Positions 26,298 through 38,200 of a DNA stretch of 64,000 nucleotides are shown piece after piece; within the stretch, counting starts at the first letter, position 1, and each line of letters begins with the position of its first letter. A program made the position numbers and the translations under genes. The notes under the pieces were generated by a model. The model was not told the origin of the DNA, did no database searches, and was given only the letters and a program-made list of their open reading frames with translations. This DNA is from Haliotis cracherodii. Taxonomy: Eukaryota. The stretch covers positions 18,352,001 through 18,416,000 of the forward strand of contig NW_027266267.1 in assembly GCF_022045235.1 (NCBI RefSeq). Direction: 5' to 3'.

Positions 26298-29200
26298 CTA
26301 AAAGAAAACATATATTTGAATAAATTGACGATGGAGTTATAAGAATGTCACAGCTCACACAGTTTTATTAAAATGAGGTGAGGTGAAATGGGGTTTAACG
26401 TCGCGTCCAAGATTATTGCACTTATATAGCGACGTGCATGCACCATGCCGCAGTTTAACTTGAATACCCCACTCAGACACAGTATACTGACTCCGAGCCG
26501 ACCAGTCCTTGTTTTAGCACCTTAATGCCGAGCGCCAGACAGGGTAACAACAAGTACCATCTTTTAATGTCTTTTGGTATGACGCGGCCGGGGATCAAAC
26601 CTCGGACCTTCCGCTCTACGGGCGGACGCTCTACCACTAGACCGCGGAGGCGGTCTGTATTAGTAGGAGTGTGTCGGGTATATTGTATTCAGACATATGT
26701 AAACTGTTGTATTACGTGGTGTACCTTGGAATATGTATCGTTACTAATGTACTAGTGATTTTAATAGTTTTTCATGTTCGTCTAACTTTCTTCGCATACA
26801 TGTACTTCTTTAACTGATCGTAAACAGGCCCGTGAAGATCCGAGGTAGAATAGGTCTTCAGCAACCCATGCTTGCCCTAAAAGACGAACATACGTGTCGT
26901 AATAGGCGACTAACGGGATCGGGTGGTCAGGCTCGCTGACTTGGTTGATGCATGTCATCGATTCCAATTGCGGGGATCGATGCTCATGATATCAGTCACT
27001 TGATTGTCTGGTCCAGACTGGATTATTAACAGACCGCCGTCATATAGCTGGGATATTGCTGAGTGCGGCGTCAAAGAACAAACAATAAAAAAAAACGTTC
27101 GTAAACATGGTCTTTTAATTGATTGTTTGCATAATATTGTTGACTGATTACATATAAGATTCTGTGGCTGTCTAATAAACTGACTGTTTTTTCACCCAGG
27201 TCTTCTGTTGTTATGTGGGTTGGTCGTGTACAGTTGTACCTCTGCTAAGCGAGCTGAATTCCAAACTCTCGTTTTTAAATACAGTGGTCCTTGGTACATG
27301 TATATTACTGAGAGTGTACATACGTCTTTGTTGAGAGCAATACTGAAAGTATCTATATATCACGGCAGTTTGTATGTAACGGTTCTTGGTTTGAGACCCC
27401 CCTCGTTGTCTAGAGCTGATACAGAGCCGACGGTTGGTCATGTCAAAAGACGTTAAAAGATTATATTCGTTGATATCCTGTCTGGCGTTCGCGACTGAGA
27501 GACTAAAACAAGGACTGGTCCGGTCTGAGTCAGTATACTGTGTCTGAGTGGGGTACTCATGTTAAACTGTGGCATGGGACCTCAGTGGACTAGCACTATA
27601 AAAGCAGNNNNNNNNNNNNNNNNNNNNNNNNNNNNNNNNNNNNNNNNNNNNNNNNNNNNNNNNNNNNNNNNNNNNNNNNNNNNNNNNNNNNNNNNNNNNN
27701 NNNNNNNNNNNNNNNNNNNNNNNNNNNNNNNNNNNNNNNNNNNNNNNNNNNNNNNNNNNNNNNNNNNNNNNNNNNNNNNNNNNATACATGCAGGTCGCTA
27801 TAACAGTGCAAACAATTTGAAGGCGACGTTTAACCCCATTTCACCCTACCTCTCTAGTGTTAACGATTAAGAGTATATAAGGAAGGTCTTATCGGCTCGG
27901 GGTCAAACTTTGAATAACAAAACGTCCATCATTTTATTTAAAAAATCATTTTTAAAAACTCATCTTCCGATGAAGTTGTTAATGAGTAATTGTCCTTTAA
28001 ACAACATCCCAGCAATATCCCGACAAGAGAAGAAAAACTCTCCCACATGGCGGAGATCGGTTTTTGGAGTGAGTCTACGCATAAACCATATCAAGTAAAT
28101 GAGTGAGTGTCGTGGCGTCACGCCGCTTCAAGCAATCTTTCGGTTACATCACGGCACGTCAGCTTGAAGTGAGACGACAGCCCGAGGCGACGCAGGTCTC
28201 AGACCTTCATCGCTTACCCATCAGGGCAGAGAGCTGACAAACCTAGAACATACACATAATGAACCGGAATCCCAACCCACTAGCATAAGCGTCTGGCACA
28301 TCTAAGGCACGCAAGTGGCGAATTGAGATACGTAAGATGACTGGCACACCAGTGCCCGAAAATCATACAGATCAGCAAACAAAATATATAATTTGAAAAT
28401 GAGGTCAGTTGCTGTCTCATTGAGCTTGTGATTCCCCCAACTCGACCTGTTGATGTACTTACAGTTTCCGTCATCCACCCTGTGCAGGTAGAAGGACATC
28501 CTCTGTGCATCCATGCCAATATCAGGCGGTAAGCGTGGCAGCCCCTTTGTTGTGTCTTTGTCTTGCAGGTCTCGGCAGCCAATAGTGACGATAGGCCCGG
28601 GTTCTTTTGTTACTTCCCCTAACCCGGAAACGTTAAGTCTGTAAATATAGTTCGAGTGTTAGGTAATATAATGTGAGTGTTAGGTAATATAACGCGGGTG
28701 TTAGATAATATAATGTGACTATTAGGTTATATAATGTCTGTGTTAGGTAATATAATGTGAGTGTTAGGTAATATAATGTAAGTGTTAGGTAATATAATGT
28801 GAGTGTTAGGTAATATAACGCGAGTGTTAGATAATATAATGTTAGTGTTAGGTAATATAATGTGAATGTTAGGTAATATAACGCGAGTGTTAGATACTAT
28901 AATGTGAGTGTTAGGTAATATAACGCGAGCGTTAAATAATATAATTTGATTGTTAGGTAATATAATGTGAGTATTAGGTAATATAATGTGATTGTTAGGT
29001 AATGTAACGCGAGTGTTAGATAATATAATGTGATTGTAAGGTAATATAATGTGAGTGTTAGGTAATGTAACGCGAGTGTTAGATGTTATAATGTGAGTGT
29101 GAGGTAATATAATGTGAGTGGTAGGTAATATAATTTGAGTGTTAGGTAATATAACGCGAGTGTTAGATAATATAATGTGAGTGTTAGGTATTATAATGTG

Positions 29201-32200
29201 AGTGTTAGGTAATATAACACGAGTGTTAAATAATATAATTTGAGTGTTAGGTAATATAATGTGAGTATTAGGTAATATAACGCGAGCGTTAAATAATATA
29301 ATTTGATTGTTAGGTAATATAATGTGAGTATTAGGTAATATAATGTGATTGTTAGGTAATGTAACGCGAGTGTTAGATAATATAATGTGATTGTAAGGTA
29401 ATATAATGTGAGTGTTAGGTAATGTAACGCGAGTGTTAGATGTTATAATGTGAGTGTGAGGTAATATAATGTGAGTGGTAGGTAATATAATTTGAGTGTT
29501 AGGTAATATAACGCGAGTGTTAGATAATATAATGTGAGTGTTAGGTATTATAATGTGAGTGTTAGGTAATATAACACGAGTGTTAAATAATATAATTTGA
29601 GTGTTAGATAATATAATGTGAGTGTTAGGTATTATAATGTGAGTGTTAGGTAATATAACACGAGTGTTAAATAATATAATGTGAGTGTTAAATAATATAA
29701 TGTGTGTGTTAGGTAATATAATGTGAGTGTTCGATAACATAATGTGAGTGTTAGGTAATATAATGTGAGTGTAAGGTAATATAACGCGAGTGTTAGATAA
29801 TATAACGCGATTGTTAGATAACATAATGTGAGTGTTTGGTAATATAATGTGAGTGTTAGGTAATATAATGTGAGTGTTAGGTAATATAATGTGAGTGTTA
29901 GGTAATATAATGTGAGTGTTAGGAATATTATGTGAGTGTTAGGTAATATAATGTGAGCGTCAGGTAATAAAACGCGAGTGTTACGTAATGTAATGTGAGT
30001 GTTAGGTAATGTAATGTGAATGTTAGGTAATATAATGTGAGTGTTAGGTAATAAAATGTGAGTGTTAGGTGATATAACTTGAGTGTTAGGTAATATGATG
30101 TGAGTGGCAGGTTATATCATGTGAGCGTTAGGTAATATAATATGAGCGTTAGGTAATATAACGCAAGTGTTAGGTAATATAGTGTTAGTGTTAGGTAAAA
30201 TAATGTGAGTGTCAGGTAATATAATGTGAGTGTTATGTAATATAACGTGAGTGTTAGGTAATATAGCGCGATTGATGGGTATTAAAATAAGGTAATATAA
30301 CGTGAGTGTTTGGTAATATTATTGGAGTGTTAGGTAATATAACGCGAGTGTTAGGTAAAATAAGGTGAGTATTAGGTAATACAACGTGAGTATTGCGAAA
30401 TATAACATGAATGTTAGGTAATATAACGCGAATGTAAGATAATATAACGTGAGTGTTAGGTAATATAACGCGAGTGTAAGATAATATAACGTGAGTGTTA
30501 GGTAATGTAACGTGAGTGTTAAGTAATATAACGTGAGTGCCAAGTAATATAATGTGAGTGTTAGGTAATATAAAGTGAGTGTCAGGTAAAATAACGTGAG
30601 TCAAAGGTAATATAATTACCATGTAATACCTAACATAGCAGCGAAAAACACATCGTGATTGACACGCGTGTGTGTATAGGCAGCACAGGATACGGTAGTA
30701 CCTAATAAGTGAGGTAGCTTTTCCAGTTAGGAATGGGTCGTTTATCATAAGGGGGAAGAATTTACCATATATTGCCCAAAATCTCAACACTATTTAACAT
30801 GCCCCCTAACCCCAAATAAATTTAACACTTTTCTATGCAGGCCCCCTACCCTATACCCAAAAAATAGAACTGCAGGGTTTTTTTTTCATTGTGTGCTATT
30901 TTCATACTTTACCCCCTTCCCCACCCCCCACGCGCCGACCCCCACCCACCCACCCTCTTCACCAACAAAGATAGCCAGTCCCTTATATTCTTATATTGTC
31001 AATTTTCGCCATAATAAGGGAGGAACCAAAGGGACGCAAATGGAAAATGCAGCCATTGATGAGACCCAGGAACAAAGACACAGAATACAGGAACCAACAT
31101 CTAATGCTTACCCGCCTTTCCTGGATTCTGAAATATAAGATACAAATGCATATAATATCATAGATACTTCGATCAATCAAACGTGATGCAGTTAGCATAT
31201 CACATGTGTTTGGGCTCTCGGTAATCGGAAAATACATCTTTAACACAATTTTCAACGATATATCATCACCTGTATGGTTCTTATTTATGAAAGAAGGTGA
31301 GCGAGTGAGTTCAACGTTGACATTATGCAAGTCATATGGCGAAAGGTCATATAATACAAGCACAGCAGTTTTGCAGATAAGTGTGTACACACATATCTAA
31401 CACTACTAAGCGGATGTTTAGACACTGCGGTTATTTTCCCATTCATATCTGTACCTGTCAGTTTCCTGAATGCCAGGCAGAAAATAGAGACGATTATTAT
31501 GCCAACAACCACCACAGACACAGCTGTGACGATCACAACCTTCTCTCCGTCTACAACACAAACAAGGGTACATATTAATTTGAGGTTTATGCACAGTGTC
31601 TTTGTTTATTTGTTGGTTTGTTATTGAGCCCCGCACTCAGCAATATTCCAGCTATATGACGGCGGCCTGCAAATTGTCAAGTCTGGACCAGACAATCCAG
31701 TGATTGATATCCTGAGCATCGATCTAAGCAATTAGGATACGATCACGTGCATCAACCAAGTCAGTGAGACTGACCACCCGATCCCGTAACTCGGCTCTTA
31801 CGACAAGGATTGCTGAAGATCAAATCTCACCTGGGTCTTCACGGGTCTGTTGCAGGATGTGTTACAGAGCCTATATTAACCAACCGTTTCCATCTATTCA
31901 AATGTTTATCACAAATGCACCAGAAATGTCCAACTGACTTTAATTCAGGAGATGCAATTAATTTTCCATTCTTTCAGCAGCAAAATAATCATAAAACGGT
32001 TCACAGTAAAACAACTGAGGTTGAAAAATAACTTTTCATTTGTTTGAAACTGGTAGTAACTCTGAACGCTAAACGGCCGTGTATATTTACTGAGCAGTCT
32101 GAATAAAACAAGAGTTGATACATTTCAAACCCGCCCTATGTTACTCTGAAAAAAGACATAAATTATCGTAACGATCTACAAACAGCATATCTGTGAGTCA

Positions 32201-35200
32201 CAGCCATAAGATATATGTATTGTGACTCGGTAGTTGATGCGGCCATTGGCTATACTACAAAGCACAAATTACGTAACGAACGGATATATAAGTGATCTCT
32301 GTCCAGTTTCTTAATTACTTTATATGTTTCACTTCACATGTAGGCGTTGGTGCTCACGGTGTACATTGAAGAATGTATATCGCTTTAGGGGCAGTCGGGT
32401 AGCCTAGTGGTTAAAGCGTTCGCTCGTCATGCCGAAGACCCGGGTTCGATTCCCGACATGGGTACAGTGTGTGAAGCCCATTTCTGGTGTCCCCCGCCGT
32501 GATATTGCTGGACTATTGCTAAAAGCGGCGTCAAAACATACTCACTCACTCACTCACTGCTTTGATTGTAGTGTGTCCTTCTTTCACATTGTCTGTGTCT
32601 CGTAGATACCAGAACATACAAAAACTGACAGAACCATACTCGCCTGGAACAAACAGTTCAACGCTGACGTCCAGAGAGCCTTGGCCATTGTCGAAAGATA
32701 TAGTGTAAATTCCTTCATCGCTCTGTTCAACTTTGTTGATGGTAAATGTAACCATGAACTGGTTGTCCTCGATGTTTGATGTTGAGAGTATGTACTTCTG
32801 GCTACCTGAGATGTTAATGCCAGTCTGTCCGTCTGGACAGGACAGCCTTGTATTGCTGGGTTTAGGGTAGCCCCAGAGATAGAACGTTCCAACAGCATGA
32901 CTTGTGTACGTCTTCAAGGTGATGTCTTCGTCATTCTGTCGATACAGTCTCGCTGAAGTAACAGAACAGATACAGTGTTGAGCAGATTGCCCGACGTTGC
33001 ATAGTACAGACATATATATACCATTTACTTTTGTTAAATGCAGTTAAAACGAAGAATGATGTTTCTCTTTACACAGTTCATCCTTATCGTTACCAATCAC
33101 TCTTCTACCTTCAGCTTTGGGAAGTTCACTTGAATAGATCAGAAGGGTGTCAGTCTGTCTGTCAAAATTGTGAATCTTGCAAGGCCAAATCACGCATAAA
33201 AACCGGATGCTCGCATTGCACAAGGTAAGGGTGTAGCGTGCTTACATTTCAGGAAACTAGAAGTAGATCCATCATCATGCCCGACTACATTGGACGCTGA
33301 ACACAGGTATTCTCCCAGGCTGGGCTTCCCGACGTTAAAGGCAACCATCCTAGAAGTGTAGGTCGTGGTGCTGCCCAGCACTGTATCCCCATCCTTGGAC
33401 CTTCTGATGAGGGACACAGACAGAGGCGGCGTGCCGTCCACCTCACACGTAAAGGTGACGTCATCAGGCTTCGGGTCAATACTCGACTTGGCATCATGGG
33501 TCAGTCTCTTAATGGTTGGTTTGTCTGAAGCATACGAGAGCAGATTCTCAGTTGACTAACAGAAACCTTTCACTGACACTATTTTCAGATTATGATAACA
33601 CATCTGCTATACAATAGATGCAACAAAAGGCGGTGGAATGATCTACTGCTTATAGCCTTCGATCGACAAACCAAAGACCTAGGTTCTTTTCCTCACATTG
33701 GTAATGCGTAAGAAGTCAACTGTTTGTGTATCCCGTTATGATATTGCTGGAATAGTACTAACAACGGCGTAAGACTATTCACACATATATTTTCCGTCCA
33801 TGTTTTGTAAACAGTATTTTGAAACTTGTGAATTTGAGAAGGTGGTAACAGTATTGATTATAAGATTTTGATGTACATCGCTTGCAAAAACAGTTGTGCG
33901 AATGAGATTAAAGATCTTGACTAATTGAGACATTAGTCTGTGATGTTGGTGCAAACGAGAGGCATAGAAACACAGAAACAGCTGGGTCTAATGGAATACA
34001 ATAAGAATGTCTATCAACTAGTACTATTTTGTGTTCATTGGGCAACTCGAATCGTCGTGTATCGGGACAAAATGTGTTAAGTTAATCTGTCAAGCAATGC
34101 TGTCGAAACTCACAGACGAAAACGTCAAATGAACGATAACGCCTGACATAAGGAACAAGAGCTGGATTTACTCTTTGATTGGCAGTTAGGAGTGATGCAT
34201 ATAAGAGAGAGAATTTATACATGTCAAGTTTTTTTTGTCTTTTTAAGTTGACATCCATATTTTTTTCTCTCTTAAGAACTGAATTCATTACCATTTAACG
34301 AAATGTCCGAAATTGTTTACGGCCAAGGTGAATGGGAGCAAGGGCACAATGTATTTTTAACTATGGCGTCATTGAAATGGTTACCTGACAGCGTGACGAC
34401 ATGACAGTGTATGACTTTATCACAGGAATGTTGCATCACATAAGGAACATTGAAATACGTCAATGCAGACGTTAAAATTAGTACACTGGTTTATAACAAT
34501 AATGATATTTACCTCTGTAAGAATGATGATTATACGAACGTTTTATCCACGTGGTCAAAATACTAATAATACTGTCAGTATTTTGTTATGCAAAAATATT
34601 AACACAGAGACCGTTTTGCCAATATGTCTCTACAGCAAAGTGAAAATTTGGTGAGGGTAGTGTGAAGCCCCATTGTCATTTGGAAACGAGGCCGTGGGTT
34701 AGCCTAGTGGTTAAAGGGTTCTCTCGTCACACCGAATGCCCGGATTCGGTTCACCACATTGTTACAATGTGTAGACCTTATGTCTGATATTTCCCGCCGT
34801 AATGGTACTGAAATATTGGAAAAATCAGTGTAAAACCATTTTAGCCGACTCACTTAAATGGAAATGTTGGATTAAACCAAATATATTTTGACACAATCTA
34901 TATCCATCGTCCCGAGGCAAGAGAGTTAACTGCCTGTAAAAGTCAAGTTTCCACCCTTGCCAAACGAGGCTGTTATTATGGCTGGACTAACGAGTCTATG
35001 CATAGTCCAATCAAAATCGCGCAATGAAATCGAAATCCGGTTCGTAAACTGTCGTGCAGATTTCGGTCGATTGCACGATTTGCAAAACATGTGCACCGCC
35101 AACTCGTTGTCAACAGATATTTGCCAAACCTTTTCATGTTTTTAATCAAGGTGCTCGCGTGATTTGATGCACTTCGAGATGTAATTATAAGACCCTTTTT

Positions 35201-38200
35201 ATCACAAAATATATCTTGATTATCGATTCGATCGTCTTGACTGGACACAAGTGATGGAATCGGATTGGTCCATAGGAGAGGCTTAGAAGGGACATAACTC
35301 GTAATATCCACTGGTGGCGCTACGATCGATCCCTGGAATTCCAGCCTAGTTCGGCAAGGGTGGCAACAGGACTTTTAAAGTCAGTTAACTCTCTTGCCTC
35401 AGGAAGATGTCTATATCAGAAAAGGCTTAATACCCAGAATACAGAGCAGCGGACAACCGTAACTGGTACTCACGCAGAACGTAAACTTCGCTCCAGTCTG
35501 AATACAGGCCTTGTTCTACAGCCTGGCATGTGTACTGGTCCCCCTGGGTCGCAGTGCTTAGCGTGAGGGTGGCCCCTGTGTTCATCTCTCCCCTCCCAGG
35601 ATGACTGCTGATGTTGAGAGCAGCCCCTTTGGTCATCCTCCCATTCTCCAGGTGACTGCTGCCTCCCTTCCATCTGTAGGAGAGCACGTCACGGAAAGCA
35701 TCAGGAGACATCAGCGATGAAGATACGCAAGTCAGGATGACTTCCTTGTGAGATCCTGCACTGGTGATTGTCGGAACTATCGGTTTTCCTGTGAAGACAC
35801 AATGCCATTCAGAAAGTGTTCAAATAAAAGAAATGTTCTCTATGGGATAACACTGTTTTGGTAAAGTACAAATTCTAGTTCTTTTTTTTGTGAGGGGTTG
35901 AGCCCTGAAAGGTGTTCAGTTGTTTTGGAAAGGATACGATATTGTCTGTTCCTGTGTTGAATAATCCGTTGAATTGAAAATGTTATTGATATTGTAGAGG
36001 AAAAAGCATTAAATACAATGCATCTGCCAGTATCACTTGTATGAACATCTTGAGAAGCATTATGATAACATATCAGCCAGATATCGATAAAAAAAAAAGG
36101 ATGACTAAATATCCGATTCCTTTCCATTCTTTTGAAAAATGTCACGTGGCAGTTTCAGATTTAGCCCGTGAAGATCCGGGGTAGAATAGGTCTTCAGCAA
36201 CCCATGCTTGCCGTAAAAGGCGACTATGCTTGTCGTAAAAGGCGACTAACGAGGTCGGGTTGTCAGGCTCACTGACTTGGCTGATGCATGTCATCGATCC
36301 CAATTGCGTGGATCGATTCTCATGATATCAATCACTGGATTGCCTGGTCCGATTGTTTACAGACCACCGTCATATAGTTGGAATATTGCTGAGTGTGGCG
36401 TTAAAGAACCTAATCAACCAACCAAGTTTCAGATTTAACACCTTTATGACTTTGTATTAACATTAGTGAGAACGGAATATGTATAACATCTCTGAAACCA
36501 ATAGATATTTTCAAACCAAATACCATTAGAAAATATAGTTGTTGATTAACATGTCATTAAAATATCATATTGTCAATGATGTTTAATGACAGTACAGGCC
36601 TCAACTGGATATAGTAAAGAATGTCAGAAGCAATGTCATTGACATCTCTGTTCAAAACATTGTCAATACTCTTACTGAGAACAAACTCCGCACACTACAG
36701 AGACACAAAACTCTTACTGAGAACAAACTCTGCACTCCACGGAAACACAAAACTCTTACTGAGAACAAACTCCGCACTCCACAGAGACACAAAACTCTTA
36801 CTGAGAACAAACTCCGCACTCCATGGAGACACAAAACTCTTACTGAGAACCAAACTTCACAATCCACGGAGACACAAAACTCTTACAGAGAACAAACTCC
36901 GCACTCCAAGGAGACACAAAACTCTTACTGAGAACAAACTCTGCACTTCACGAAGACACAAAACTCTAGCTGAGAACAAACTCTGCACTCCACGGAGACA
37001 CAAACTCTTACTGCGAACAAACTCTGCACTTCACGGAGACACAAAACTCTTACTGAGAACAAACTCCGCACACCACCGAGACACAAAACTCTTACTGAGA
37101 ACAAACTCCGCACTCCATGGAGACACAAATCTCTTACTGAGAACAAACTCCGCACTCCACGGAGACACAAAACTCTTACTGAGAACAAACTCCGCACTCC
37201 ACGGAGACACAAAACTCTTACTGAGAACAAACTCCGCACACCACCGAGACACAAAACTCTTACTGAGAACAAACTCCGCACTCCATGGAGACACAAATCT
37301 CTTACTGAGAACAAACTCTGCACTCCACCGAGACACAAAACTCTTACTGAGAACAAACTCCGCACTCCACGGAGACACAAAACTCTTACTGAGAACAAAC
37401 TCCGCACTCCACCGAGACACAAAACTCTTACTGAGAACAAAACTCAACAATCCACGGAAGACACAAAACTCTTACTGAGAACAAACTCCGCACTCCACGG
37501 AGACACAAAACTCTTACTGAGAACAAACTCCACACTCCACGGAGACACAAAACTCTTACTGAGAACAAACTCCGCACACCACCGAGACACAAAACTCTTA
37601 CTGAGAACAAACTCCGCACTCCACGGAGACACAAAACTCTTACTGAGAACAAACTCCGCACTCCACGGAGACACAAAACTCTTACAGAGAACAAACTCCA
37701 CACTCCACCAAGACACAAAATTCTTACTGAGAACAAAACTCAACAATCCACGGAAGACACAAAACTCTTACTGAGAACAAACTCCGCACTCCACCGAGAC
37801 ACAAAACTCTTACTGAGAACAAACTCCGCACTCAACGGAGACACAAAACTCTTACTGCGAACAAACTCCACACTCCACGGAGACACAAAACTCTTACTGA
37901 GAACAAACTCCGCACTCCACGGAGACACCAGGCCTTGCTCTGCTGCCTGACAGGAGTAGTGGTCCCCATCCTTTGTTGTGCTGCTGATGTTGAGTGTCGG
38001 ATTTACGCTGTGAAACACCTCCAGTCCCATGTCACTGCTGTTCCTTCTCCAGCTGTAGGACAACATGTCCGGGTTATTGTGTGGAAGTGTCTGTGAAGCG
38101 GAGGCACATGATAGCACCACGCCTTGTCCTTGATCGACGTTTGAAATCGTTGGGTCTCTGGGCTTTCCTGAAAATATTGGATTCCATTTATTAATAGAGA

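Noticed and set aside
28463-28510. ITIM in the cytoplasmic tail (SFYLHRV)
   Set aside because: Tyr+3 is Arg, not L/V/I.
28727-29824. 365-aa ORF (NTHIILP repeats) and 30254-30790
   Set aside because: Translation of the 21-bp intronic minisatellite; no splice or compositional support.
32388-32460. tRNA-Asp gene (likewise the tRNA-Leu-like head at 59741)
   Set aside because: No proper acceptor stem; continues into a SINE body and microsatellite tail, is multi-copy, and several copies have TSDs.
36621-37478. 285-aa plus-strand ORF of LLLRTNSALHGDTK repeats
   Set aside because: Antisense reading of the 42-bp array.
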